From assembly GCF_000306885.1 (NCBI RefSeq), contig NC_018267.1:750001-782000 (forward strand): a stretch of 32,000 bases of DNA, given 5' to 3'. This stretch comes from Wolbachia endosymbiont of Onchocerca ochengi (GTDB taxonomy: Bacteria; Pseudomonadota; Alphaproteobacteria; Rickettsiales; Anaplasmataceae). Below the pieces are notes generated by a model. It made no database searches. It worked only from the letters and a program-made list of their open reading frames with translations, and had not been told where the DNA came from. Positions 11,331 through 21,108 of the stretch are shown piece after piece. Positions within the stretch are counted from its first letter, which is position 1; each line of letters begins with the position of its first letter. Made by a program: the position numbers and the translations under genes.

Positions 11331-11820
11331 GTAGCAATGTACTAAAAAATTCCTCTATTACTAAACTCAAAAGCCACAATAAAAGTTTTTTTCAGAAGTA
11401 GTTGAAAGAAAGGTTGCAGAAGATAAAGGAAAAGATATAGCAAAAGTAAGCAGATATGAAATCCTATGAAAGAATTGGGATGTGAAAACTAAAAAGGTGA
11501 TAATAGCAATACCAAAAACGGAGGATACAAAATCAGAGTAACTAATAATTCTGTTTGTTATGTAATTTTAGAAGGTATCCATGAGAGTTGGTAATTAACG
11601 TAAAAAAAGAAGGAAATAGTAACATTCTTCTTATTTAGATAATATTAGCATATTCGATCCTCATAATTAACTAGCACAACAATTGCTAATAAACCTCTTG
11701 TAGTAGAAAGTAGTAACGTGATTCCAGTGGGGGAATAGTGAATCGAAAAAGCTTATTTTCTTTTTAAAGGGTAATCAAAAAACACCTGAGTGCGTTAATA
11801 AATAAAAGAGATTATAAGGT

Positions 11821-11852
11821 AAAGGGAAAGTACTACACTTTCCTTTTTTTTT
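11821..11852. terminator. Hairpin plus T-run, intrinsic terminator candidate (T-run on the + strand)
   Basis: aaagggaaagt-actac-actttccttt followed by ttttt: 11 bp stem with one G-T wobble and a 5-nt loop. It abuts the 3' end of the minus-strand ABC gene (stop at 11851-11853). Confidence 0.55.
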
Positions 11853-13620
11853 AGCCATTTGCTGAAGACTGTTCACTTTCTGTAGTGTTGTTTGACGATG
11901 AAGCAACTAATTTGCTTAAAATCTCGTCTTTTGGCCCCATACTATAAATAGTACCATCTGACATAAGAATAACTTTATCAACCACGGATAATAACAGTAG
12001 CTTATGAGTTATAATTATAGTAGTGGTGTTTTGCTTTTTTGCAGCGTTGATCGCTTTAATTAAGCATGCTTCTCCATTACTGTCTAAGTTAGCATTTGGC
12101 TCATCAAGTACTAAAAGTTTCGTATTACCATAAAAAGCTCTTGCAAGACCAAGTAGCTGTTTCTGTCCACCAGAAAGTGTCACTCCAAAGCTTCCTATTG
12201 TTGTATCATATCCGTTTGGTAAACTTAGTATTAATTCATGTATTCCTGTAATTTTTGCTGCTTTAATTATTTCCTCAGGATTTGGATTTGGTCTCATACG
12301 TGCAATATTAGCTTTAACGCTGGTGTTGAATAGTTCAATATCTTGAGGTAAATAGCCAACATAGTTACCAAAATTTTCTCGGTTCCAAGTATATACATCA
12401 GCACCATCCAGCTTTACTACACCAGATATAGGTTTCCATATACCAACAGTTAATTTTGCGATGGTTGATTTACCAGAGGCACTTGTACCGATAACACCAA
12501 CTATATCTCCTGGTTCTATTACAAACGATATACCCTTTATCGTTGGTTTATTGCTCCCATAAGGAGTAAAAAATACTCTATCAAATTCTAATTTTCCTTT
12601 AGGCTCTGGTAGAGACAGAGTCTGTTCCCTTTTTGGCGATGTTAATATAAGTCTTTGCAGCCTATCATAAGATATTATGGCTTGATTTAAAAACTTCCAA
12701 GTATGGACTGCTGCATCAAATGGAGCTAATACCCTGCCCATTAAAATGGAGGCAGCAATGATGCTACCAGCAGTCTTATGAGATGTAATTGCGAGTAGCG
12801 CGCCTGTTCCAATTACTGATATTTGTAGAGTTGAGCGTAAAAACTTAGTAATTCCAGTAATTACATTAGAACGATTCTGTGCTTTGATTTGCATCATGCG
12901 GGTTTGATCATTCCGTTTACACCAATCAGAAACTATGAATTCTGACATACCCATAGCTTCAACTACTTCTGCATTTCTTGTTGCAACATCTATAGCATTG
13001 ATATTCCGTATAGTTTCTTCGTTGGTTTCTTGCAATATGCGTTTAGTAGCGAGTTCATTCCACATTGCCATGGAGATCAATATAACGATTCCAGCAATAG
13101 CTATAAATCCCGTAGAGGTATGTATCATAAAGATCACACCAAGGTAAATCAATGACCATGGAGTATCAAATAACGAAAATATACCATTTCCTACAATAAA
13201 ATTCTTTATCACCCCAAGATCCCGTATTGCTTCACCGCTGGAAGTCAAGCTCTGCACTGATGTTAGCCTGATTGATCTTATTATTAGATCTGGTGTTGCA
13301 GTTCTATCAATCCAATCACCGATTTTTGCCATAGCTAAGCATCGACAGATTTCAAGCATTGCAGAACAGGCAAATGCAGATAAGGTAATAATTGTTAACA
13401 TAACTAGCGTCGATACGCTTCCGCTTGATATTACCCGATCAAGCACTTGAGAGGTATAAAGTGGCAAGAATAGCATTAACAAGTTAATTCCTGAACTAAA
13501 CCAAAAAATAAACCAAAATGCACTCTTGCACTTTTCTAGGCAAATATATAGAGTACTTTGCTTCAATTCTTTTTTTATTGATGGGGTGATTTCCACAGTC
13601 TTTCTTTTAATTACATGCAC
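11851..13620 (-). CDS. Type I secretion system permease/ATPase (PrtD/AprD-like ABC transporter)
   Basis: N-terminal transmembrane half (FWFIFWFSSGINLLMLFLPLYTSQVLDRVISSGSVSTLVMLT), Walker A GTSASGKST, signature LSGGQKQLLGLARA, Walker B LLVLDEPNANLD, H-loop TIIIITHK. No N-terminal C39 peptidase domain. Confidence 0.9.
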   Translation of the reverse strand: MHVIKRKTVEITPSIKKELKQSTLYICLEKCKSAFWFIFWFSSGINLLMLFLPLYTSQVLDRVISSGSVSTLVMLTIITLSAFACSAMLEICRCLAMAKIGDWIDRTATPDLIIRSIRLTSVQSLTSSGEAIRDLGVIKNFIVGNGIFSLFDTPWSLIYLGVIFMIHTSTGFIAIAGIVILISMAMWNELATKRILQETNEETIRNINAIDVATRNAEVVEAMGMSEFIVSDWCKRNDQTRMMQIKAQNRSNVITGITKFLRSTLQISVIGTGALLAITSHKTAGSIIAASILMGRVLAPFDAAVHTWKFLNQAIISYDRLQRLILTSPKREQTLSLPEPKGKLEFDRVFFTPYGSNKPTIKGISFVIEPGDIVGVIGTSASGKSTIAKLTVGIWKPISGVVKLDGADVYTWNRENFGNYVGYLPQDIELFNTSVKANIARMRPNPNPEEIIKAAKITGIHELILSLPNGYDTTIGSFGVTLSGGQKQLLGLARAFYGNTKLLVLDEPNANLDSNGEACLIKAINAAKKQNTTTIIITHKLLLLSVVDKVILMSDGTIYSMGPKDEILSKLVASSSNNTTESEQSSANG

Positions 13621-13768
13621 CGCATATATAGTTTTTATTGCAAAAATATTAACAGAAGTTGGTTAACTTTAAGTTAATAAAATATTAATATACATAAATA
13701 AAAAATATAAACAACAGTAATCAAAAGAGATAGATTTTTTTTATTGCCTAATCTAGAGCTGAAGACTT

Positions 13769-14776
13769 TCAATAATTTTCCAATTCCCATTTTGGCCTTG
13801 GCGCAAAATTGAGCGGATCTATATAGTTCCTCTTCAATCTTTCAATTCCTGCCCATCCAACCATTATTGCATTGTCTGTACATAGATTACTTGGGGGGGA
13901 AAATATGTTTAAGTTTATGTATTTTTTTAATTTTCCTTTTAGAAAGTTATTTGCTGCAACCCCACCAGTAATTACAAGATCTTTGATTTTAATATTTAAA
14001 GATGCAGCCATAATAATCGCATTTTTGACTCTATCAAGTAGTATATCACTAATACACTCTTGAAACGAAGCACATACATCATACGCGTCTTGCTCGTCCA
14101 TCTTAAGCTTCTGCACTAAGTTTTTTACTGATGTCTTGATTCCAGAAAAAGAAAAATTACATCCAGAACGTTTTATCATTGCCCTTGGAAGCTTAAATCT
14201 TGTACTATCACCTTTCTTAGCTAATTTTTCTATCAATGGTCCTCCCGGATAGTTTAAGTTTAGCATCTTGGCAACTTTATCAAACGCTTCACCTAACGAA
14301 TCATCTAATGTTTCTCCGAGTTTAATATATTTACCTACATCTTGCGCGATTAAAAGTTGACAGTGACCACCTGATATTAACAAAACCAAAAATGGAAATT
14401 CGACCTCATAAAGTAACCTAATAACCAATGCATGTGCTTCTAAGTGATTAACAGCAATGAACGGTTTTTGTGTTACATGCGCAATCGCTTTAGTCATCAT
14501 TGTACCGACTATTAATCCACCTATGAGTCCTGGTCCTGATGTCGCCGCAACTGCATCCAAATCGCAAAAGTTAATGTTAGACTTGTTTATAGCACTTTTT
14601 ATTAGATCACTTAAATGTTCCATATGAGCACGTGACGCTATTTCAGGGATTATTCCACCACGCTCTTTATGCTCTGTTTGAGAAAGAATTTGATGAGTGA
14701 GGACTTGCTTAGCACTATTTATGATTACTACTGCGGTTTCATCGCAGCTTGTTTCAACAGCTAAAATGGTCTTCAT
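13769..14776 (-). CDS. tsaD: tRNA N6-adenosine threonylcarbamoyltransferase
   Basis: ILAVETSCDETAVVI, EHKERGGIIPEIASRAHMEHL, GPGLIGGLIVG, PFIAVNHLEAHAL, LLISGGHCQL, GVAANNFLK, CTDNAIMVGWAG. Confidence 0.97.
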   Translation of the reverse strand: MKTILAVETSCDETAVVIINSAKQVLTHQILSQTEHKERGGIIPEIASRAHMEHLSDLIKSAINKSNINFCDLDAVAATSGPGLIGGLIVGTMMTKAIAHVTQKPFIAVNHLEAHALVIRLLYEVEFPFLVLLISGGHCQLLIAQDVGKYIKLGETLDDSLGEAFDKVAKMLNLNYPGGPLIEKLAKKGDSTRFKLPRAMIKRSGCNFSFSGIKTSVKNLVQKLKMDEQDAYDVCASFQECISDILLDRVKNAIIMAASLNIKIKDLVITGGVAANNFLKGKLKKYINLNIFSPPSNLCTDNAIMVGWAGIERLKRNYIDPLNFAPRPKWELENY

Positions 14777-15632
14777 TTGTGTTTGGTTACTGTATTACTA
14801 AACTATACTTTGAAATGCCTTAAAAGTTAACTGCATTCTGATAAATTAATCATCATTTTCAAATATAGGGCTAATTTTTTATTTCCAGGAAAAAAAAGTT
14901 TACTAGTTCAGCTGCTTTGCACTTTAGCTACATCTTTAACGTTAATTTGGTACTATATTTATTTACTTCATTACCTATAATATTTACTCTTAGATAATTT
15001 ATGTGCACGTGATTTTGCAGTTTGATAGGCTTATATTCCCTTTAATATGGCTTAATCAGCAATTATTCGTGCAGGAGAACATCTACTACTTGTTTCAGGT
15101 TTTGCTCGATCCTTAATAAACTTTATTGAGAAAACTCTTGCTCCAGGTTAAGTTAAACTTGTTTTCAACCATATATAAAAGTTTATATACTGTAGTATGG
15201 ATTTATTTTTCTCAGAACAAGAATATATCTATCTACACTAAGGACTAAATTGTCTTATATACTCCTTTTTCATATTCGCTAGTCTTTTTCAAGATACACT
15301 TCAAGCGAGAGTCTATTTGGCCTTATTAAAGGAGATAAGGTGAGGCTTAATGTGCTTTAAATTTCTTAAATTAGTAAAGATACTCAGTATATTGCACTGC
15401 ATTCTCACTATTTTCTACTCAAGTTACCTATTTTATTACTAAATTAAATATTTTTCACACTTAGGAATTGATCCATTATAAAGAGTTTTCAGAAGAGTTA
15501 TTATAGATGTAGTTGAAATACTAAACATAATTTGATTCTATGAACATAGACCTATAAGAAGGCTATTATCAAAATAGCTAAGCGGTACTTAAATATTATT
15601 ACGAAAAAAGTCTATTTACTCTAACGAGTTAT

Positions 15633-17108
15633 CTACCTTTCTATAAAAGATCTATCAACTGTTGCAATTATAGGTGCAAATAAGAATGATAAAAGAGTGC
15701 GGGATTGGGTAACTATATATACTTCTGCTGGCATACCAGGATATAGATATACATTCTTAAATTGAGCAAGCTCTGATTTTGGTATCACTACACGTACTGA
15801 GTAATAACGTCCTAATTTTGGGTCATCAAGAGCATCAGGAGAAATATGGCTTACTATACCATTAATTAAACTTAAACGACGCGCACTGTAAGCACTCAGC
15901 CTTACTTTGACTTTTAACCCTTCTAATCCGTCAATGGAGATTATATTGGTACCTTTTTTTTGTGCTGATATTATTTCCTCTATATTTCTAGTCTGAATTT
16001 TAGTATCTATTATTAAATCATCATTAGACGGCACTACGCTCATAACTGGAACTCCAGATTGTATAACACCGCCTTCAGTATGGTATCTTATGTCTGTAAC
16101 TATTCCATCTTGAGGCGATCTAATTACTGTGCGCGCTAACGTGTCTTCTGCAACCATTAACCTCTCTCTTAAGTCAGCGATAGATGTACTGATTTCCTTA
16201 AGTTCGGTGTTTGCTTTTTCTTGAGAATCGTTTCTTACGTTTACGATCTCTAATTCATTTTCTCCGATTTTTTGCTGTGCTCGAGATATTGCAGCGCGGT
16301 AATGACCGACTCTACCTTCAATTTCAGCAAGCTGTTTTTTCAAAGCGAAGATATGCGACTTGCCTATATAGCCATTGCTAAGAAGCTGTTTATTTATTTC
16401 CAGTTCCTCAGCTATTAAGCTGTATTGTTTAAGAGCTGCATCTAGTTGATAATTCAGTCCTACTAATTCGTCATGTAGCTGTTTTATGCGTTGTTGCAGT
16501 ACACCAGTTTTTCCTAATTCACTCTTGCGCTGAGAATAAAATAATTCTATCTGATTTTTTACCACTCTGTTTACAAGCTCACTGTTAGACAACTTTTTAA
16601 CTTCATCAGGAAACTCAATTTTGTCTAATCCTGCCCTAATAGCAATCAATCTTGCTTCAGTTGTCAAAAGCGATAAGAGCTTCTCTTTAGCTATACTTAA
16701 ATTTGCCTTCTCATTAACATCGTTTAGTAAAACTAAAGGCTCATTTTTTTTGACTGCTTGACCCTCTTTGACTAAAATTTTGCTTATTATTCCTCCTCCT
16801 AAATGCTGAACTACTTTTCTGCTTGAAGATACAATAACTTCTCCGCTTGCACGTACTGCTCCATCAATTGGAGCTACAGCTGACCAAATGCCTCCTACTC
16901 CAAAAAAGATGAATATTACCACCAAGCCAAAAAATAGCGGTCCCCATGTTATTCTCAGGACTTCATTTACGTTATTTCCCTTACGTTTTAAAATAAAAGT
17001 TGTCATCATATCAATTAATATGAAAGTTCTATCTAAAAACTTTGGATTTTTTTTCTTTCTTATCTCTTGCATATTTATATTATCACTATGGCCAAGGAAC
17101 CCTGTCAA
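15633..17108 (-). CDS. HlyD-family type I secretion membrane fusion protein
   Basis: Single N-terminal transmembrane segment, GVGGIWSAVAPIDGAVRASGEVIVSSSRKVVQHLGGGIISKILVKEGQAVKKNEPLV, coiled-coil middle, VIRSPQDGIVTDIRYHTEGGVIQSGVPVMSVVPSNDDLIIDTKI and C-terminal YLYPGMPAEVYI. Confidence 0.92.
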   Translation of the reverse strand: MTGFLGHSDNINMQEIRKKKNPKFLDRTFILIDMMTTFILKRKGNNVNEVLRITWGPLFFGLVVIFIFFGVGGIWSAVAPIDGAVRASGEVIVSSSRKVVQHLGGGIISKILVKEGQAVKKNEPLVLLNDVNEKANLSIAKEKLLSLLTTEARLIAIRAGLDKIEFPDEVKKLSNSELVNRVVKNQIELFYSQRKSELGKTGVLQQRIKQLHDELVGLNYQLDAALKQYSLIAEELEINKQLLSNGYIGKSHIFALKKQLAEIEGRVGHYRAAISRAQQKIGENELEIVNVRNDSQEKANTELKEISTSIADLRERLMVAEDTLARTVIRSPQDGIVTDIRYHTEGGVIQSGVPVMSVVPSNDDLIIDTKIQTRNIEEIISAQKKGTNIISIDGLEGLKVKVRLSAYSARRLSLINGIVSHISPDALDDPKLGRYYSVRVVIPKSELAQFKNVYLYPGMPAEVYIVTQSRTLLSFLFAPIIATVDRSFIER

Positions 17109-17379
17109 AGAAAATCCAGTGCTCAGTTTTTTTTAACTTACTTATTATACATTACTGTGGGCTTATATTAGTACTAAGGTAATATGCAAAAACTAAGAAA
17201 TTCATGACTTAAGCATCTAATTTAGACTGGAGCATCAGAATCAATCGTTTAATAACAACAATTTTGCTATATTTTATCTAAACTAAGACTTTTAGTGAGT
17301 ACCAAAGCTGTTTATGTATATAAGAAACCCATTGCTAACTAAACAATGTTCTGCTAGTAATCAGAAAAATGAAGTCATT

Positions 17380-18114
17380 ATGTTTCAATTGGAAAGTAGA
17401 AAGTTTCTTGTTACTGGTGCTTCAGGTGGGATAGGTCGAGCAATTGTAGAAGTTATGCATAAAGCCGGAGCAATTTTATGTATCTCTGGTACAAAAAGAG
17501 AGATTCTCGAAGGAATTGCTAAGCAGTATAAAAAGAACATGCATGTACTTCCTTGTAACTTATCAAATGCTGAGGAAGTAAATCAACTAGTAAACAAAGC
17601 AAGCGAGTTGATGGCAGGTTTTGATGGGCTTGTATGCAATGCAGGTATTACACGGGATGGTCTGCTATTGAGAATGACAGACGAAGCATGGCAAAAAGTA
17701 ATTGATATTAACCTAAACTCCACGTTTAAGTTGAGTAGAGAAGCGTGTAGGAAACTAATTAAAAATAACTGGGGAAGGATTATAAATATTTCTTCAATAG
17801 TAGGATTAACAGGGAATGTTGGACAAGCAAATTATGCAGCGTCAAAAGCTGGAATAATAGCTATGAGCAAATCTATAGCGAAAGAGGTTGCAAGTCGGAA
17901 TATAACAGTTAATTGTGTTGCTCCTGGGTTTATAGTCACTAAGATGACTGAAGTTTTAACTAAAGAACAAAAGAAAAAAATATTAGATAATATTCCAATG
18001 AAAAAAATGGGAACAGTAGAAGAAGTAGCAGCAGGGGTTCTATTTTTAGCAAGTGATGAGGCAAAATATATTACAGGACATGTGCTAAATATTAATGGCG
18101 GTTTATTTATGTAG
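17380..18114 (+). CDS. fabG: 3-oxoacyl-[acyl-carrier-protein] reductase
   Basis: SDR motifs TGASGGIG, NAGITRDGLLLRM, IINISSIVGLTGNVGQANYAASKAG, CVAPGFIVTKMT, YITGHVLNINGG. The track ORF starts at 17314; internal ATG at 17380 (MFQLESRKFLVTGASGG) fits the family better. Confidence 0.96.
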   Translation: MFQLESRKFLVTGASGGIGRAIVEVMHKAGAILCISGTKREILEGIAKQYKKNMHVLPCNLSNAEEVNQLVNKASELMAGFDGLVCNAGITRDGLLLRMTDEAWQKVIDINLNSTFKLSREACRKLIKNNWGRIINISSIVGLTGNVGQANYAASKAGIIAMSKSIAKEVASRNITVNCVAPGFIVTKMTEVLTKEQKKKILDNIPMKKMGTVEEVAAGVLFLASDEAKYITGHVLNINGGLFM

Positions 18115-18215
18115 TAAAATCTTACTTATGGACAAGCTATAGACTTTACTTTAAAATAAGTATGCATAAACTAAAATTAGTTTTACTACATTAGTTTATT
18201 ATCAAAGGCAAAAAA

Positions 18216-18563
18216 ATGGGCTCTATAATAAGAAAATTTTTAAATATCTTATATGTGATATTGCTTTTCTTAGGTTATCCAACTACTTCTGGTGGTGGAG
18301 GTACTGATATAGATGATACAACTGCTCAAGTGATATGTAACATTATTGGTTATATTTGGGGGATAGGTGGTCCACTGATGACCGTGGTAATAATCGGTGC
18401 ATCCTTGCTTGCAATATTTGGGAGAATGCCTTGGCCAGCTCTCTTTGCTTTAGGCGTGTTTTGTGGTGTTTTTTTTGGTGCTAAGACAATCATAATGAAG
18501 GTTATACCTAATATGAATGATAGTGTAAAAGTTATGCTGGAAAACTGTGGAACGAAAAAATAG
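18216..18563 (+). CDS. VirB2/TrbC-like type IV secretion pilin family protein
   Basis: 115 aa; signal-peptide-like N-terminus (IIRKFLNILYVILLFLGYPTTSGGGG), then two hydrophobic helices separated by a short basic loop (WGIGGPLMTVVIIGASLLAIFGRMPWPALFALGVFCGVFFGAKTII), the VirB2 layout. Confidence 0.75.
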   Translation: MGSIIRKFLNILYVILLFLGYPTTSGGGGTDIDDTTAQVICNIIGYIWGIGGPLMTVVIIGASLLAIFGRMPWPALFALGVFCGVFFGAKTIIMKVIPNMNDSVKVMLENCGTKK

Positions 18564-18591
18564 TAAAATTGATAATGTATTAAAATACTTA

Positions 18592-19872
18592 TTATTTATT
18601 AAATTGTCTCATATCTTCAATTTGTAATAAGTAGGGACTGGCTTTTGGTAAAGTTTTAATAGCTAACTTAGCATATTTTATGAATTGTTCTAAATTACCT
18701 TCAATATAAGCTTTTTTTGTTAAAGCAAAATAATGCATTGCTATATCAGCATTACGTTTGTATGCAATACTTAAATACTTCCAAATAAAGGTGTTACTCG
18801 GTTCTGTACTTGCGATTTGCTCTAGGTAAAAAATTGCCCTCTTTACATCTCCGTATAATAGTAGAGTATGAGATAATGCAAGTTTCACCAGATAGCTGTT
18901 CCTCTCAGATAAATACTTTAGTGATTCTTCATAAGTTTTTATTGCTTCACTTAGATTTCCAGCCTTATACAACATTTCTGCTTTTAATTCATATAGATAT
19001 GGGTCACTATGTGACTTCTGAGCTAACGAATCAATTATAGCAATGGCCTCTTTTATCTTTCCTTGCCTGTAGTGAACTATAGCATTTACGCATTCAGAAT
19101 TATCTTCATATTTATCAGATAATACATGGATAGGAGAAAAGAAAGAATCTAGCTTTGCGACTATATGCTTAAATTTTAATAATTTATCTGCGAGAATTGG
19201 CTTTACATCGTTTTTAACCTTATAATTCTGTACAGCAATTATGCGCTTATCACTAAGTGGATGAGTGCGAAAGTACCCTTTGGTATTTTCGTGCTCAACA
19301 CTCTTTAAGTAGCCAAAAATCTTTTTCATACCTGAATTATCATAACCGGATTTATCAAGGTACCTTAACGCATACCTATCTGCTGCACTTTCTTGCTCTT
19401 GAGAATATTTAAAAAACAATCTTGAGCCGAGTGCTATACCACTTAGCAAAATTGTATTAGTAACCTGAGGATTAATAATAATAGTCGAAACCAGTCCCAT
19501 CATACAGCCAATCATTGCTATTGATTGTAAATGACTTACAGTAACACTCATCTGTAATATATGACCAGCAGATATATGAGCGATCTCATGTGCTAATATG
19601 CCAAGCAAAACGTATGGTTCAGTTGAGTATCGTAAAAGTCCTAAGTGAATGAAAATATTATTATTATCAATAATAAAAGCATTAATTGAATTGTCATTAA
19701 CTATGAAAACTCTTACCTGGTCACCATCAATACCCGCAGCAGAAAATAGTGGCTGTGCTAGTTCTTTCACCATTGCTTCTACTTCACTGTCTTCTATAAT
19801 ATTAACAGAGTAAACATTATCGTAACATGCAAAAAAAAATAATAAGGTAAAAACTTTGATAATTTTAAACAT
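18592..19872 (-). CDS. M48-family zinc metalloprotease with TPR-like C-terminal region
   Basis: Zinc motif HEIAH in LLGILAHEIAHISAGHI, downstream glutamate in QEQESAADRYALRYLD, RTHPLSDKRI; C-terminus has TPR-like repeats (DPYLYELKAEMLYKAGNLSEAIKTYEESLKYL). Confidence 0.88.
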   Translation of the reverse strand: MFKIIKVFTLLFFFACYDNVYSVNIIEDSEVEAMVKELAQPLFSAAGIDGDQVRVFIVNDNSINAFIIDNNNIFIHLGLLRYSTEPYVLLGILAHEIAHISAGHILQMSVTVSHLQSIAMIGCMMGLVSTIIINPQVTNTILLSGIALGSRLFFKYSQEQESAADRYALRYLDKSGYDNSGMKKIFGYLKSVEHENTKGYFRTHPLSDKRIIAVQNYKVKNDVKPILADKLLKFKHIVAKLDSFFSPIHVLSDKYEDNSECVNAIVHYRQGKIKEAIAIIDSLAQKSHSDPYLYELKAEMLYKAGNLSEAIKTYEESLKYLSERNSYLVKLALSHTLLLYGDVKRAIFYLEQIASTEPSNTFIWKYLSIAYKRNADIAMHYFALTKKAYIEGNLEQFIKYAKLAIKTLPKASPYLLQIEDMRQFNK

Positions 19873-19943
19873 AAGAATTCTGTATTTGCATAATTTTTAT
19901 GGGTTTTACATCTTAACACTTAAATTATATGAATTTATAAACG

Positions 19944-20601
19944 TTAGCTTAACTTTTTGACGTAGTTAACAAGTTTGTCAATAGTAGTTAACTTAATCTT
20001 ATGTTGTTCAGCAAATTCAAGCAACTGAGGTAGACGCATCATAGAGCCATCATCATTCACTAGCTCACACCCTACAGCTGCATGATTAAGGTCAACTAGC
20101 TTTGCTATCTCAACACTTGCTTCAGTATGACCATTGCATGCTAAAACTCCTCTATTGTTTGCAATAATAGGAAAAACATGACCAGGAGTGATAATGTCAT
20201 CCTTAGTACTCTTTTCATCAATGGCAATAAGTATTGTATGCGTTCTATCATTAGCAGAAACACCTGTTGTAATATCATGACGTGCATCAATTGATGTAGT
20301 AAATGCAGTGTGATAAGTAAGCTTTTTATCTACATTACTTCTTTTCATAAACTCAAGACCTAGTCTATTTATTCATATGAAGCTTTGTCATAGCTAAAAA
20401 TACGATGCCAGTTCCATATCTAATCATAAAGACTACGTGTTTTGGCTTTAGCTTTTCAGCTAAGATAATTAAATCACCTTCATTTTCCCTATTTTCGTTA
20501 TCAACTAAAATAAACAATTTACCAGACTAAGCATCTTCAAATATACCTTCAACAGGAGAAATACAGGATAGGTTAATCGATGCATAAGTGGCCTGTACCA
20601 T
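19944..20601 (-). pseudogene. ribB: 3,4-dihydroxy-2-butanone 4-phosphate synthase, disrupted
   Basis: From ATG at 20601: MVQATYASINLSCISPVEGIFEDA*SGKLFILVDNENRENEGDLIILAEKLKPKHVVFMIRYGTGIVFLAMTKLHMNK*. The frame then shifts by one to NRLGLEFMKRSNVDKKLTYHTAFTTSIDARHDITTGVSANDR...PGHVFPIIANNRGVLACNGHTEASVEIAKL...GCELVNDDGSMMRLPQ. TAG stop at 20529-20527; frameshift near 20366-20372. The track shows only the 3' ORF (134 aa). Confidence 0.9.
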
Positions 20602-20604
20602 AGT

Positions 20605-21108
20605 TTATTTAAATTCAATCTTAACTATTTTATATAATTTCTCTCCACTTGGTACTATTACTTCCACACATTCGCCAATTTTTTTGCCGATTAAAGCACT
20701 ACCCAAAGGTGAACTAGTAGATATTAACTGTTTTGAAACGTCAGCTTCGTACTCACCTACAATTTTATAAATATATTCTACTTCACTACCATCATCATTT
20801 AACATGCTTAATGTTACGGTTGCACCAAACATTACCGAATCGCCAGACAAGCTTTTCACTTCTATTACTTCTGCATGCGAAAGCTTGCTTTCTAGCTCCA
20901 TTATACGACCTTCGATGAAACCTAATCTTTCTCGTGCAATGTGATATTCTGCACTCTCAGATAAATCACCTTGATCACGGGCATCAGAAATGGCCTGTAT
21001 AATGGAAGGTTTCTCTTCTTTTAATTTCTCAAGCTCAGCTTGCATGCATCCAAAACCTTCTTTTGTTATAGGAAACTTCTTAACGACGGATGAAGCCATA
21101 ATCACCAC
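20605..21108 (-). CDS. greA: Transcription elongation factor GreA
   Basis: FPITKEGFGCMQAELEKLKEEKPSIIQAISDARDQGDLSESAEYHIARERLGFIEGRIMELESKLSHAEVI...VGEYEADVSKQLISTSSPLGSALIGKKIGE. Starts at GTG 21108 or ATG 21099. Confidence 0.97.
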   Translation of the reverse strand: MVIMASSVVKKFPITKEGFGCMQAELEKLKEEKPSIIQAISDARDQGDLSESAEYHIARERLGFIEGRIMELESKLSHAEVIEVKSLSGDSVMFGATVTLSMLNDDGSEVEYIYKIVGEYEADVSKQLISTSSPLGSALIGKKIGECVEVIVPSGEKLYKIVKIEFK

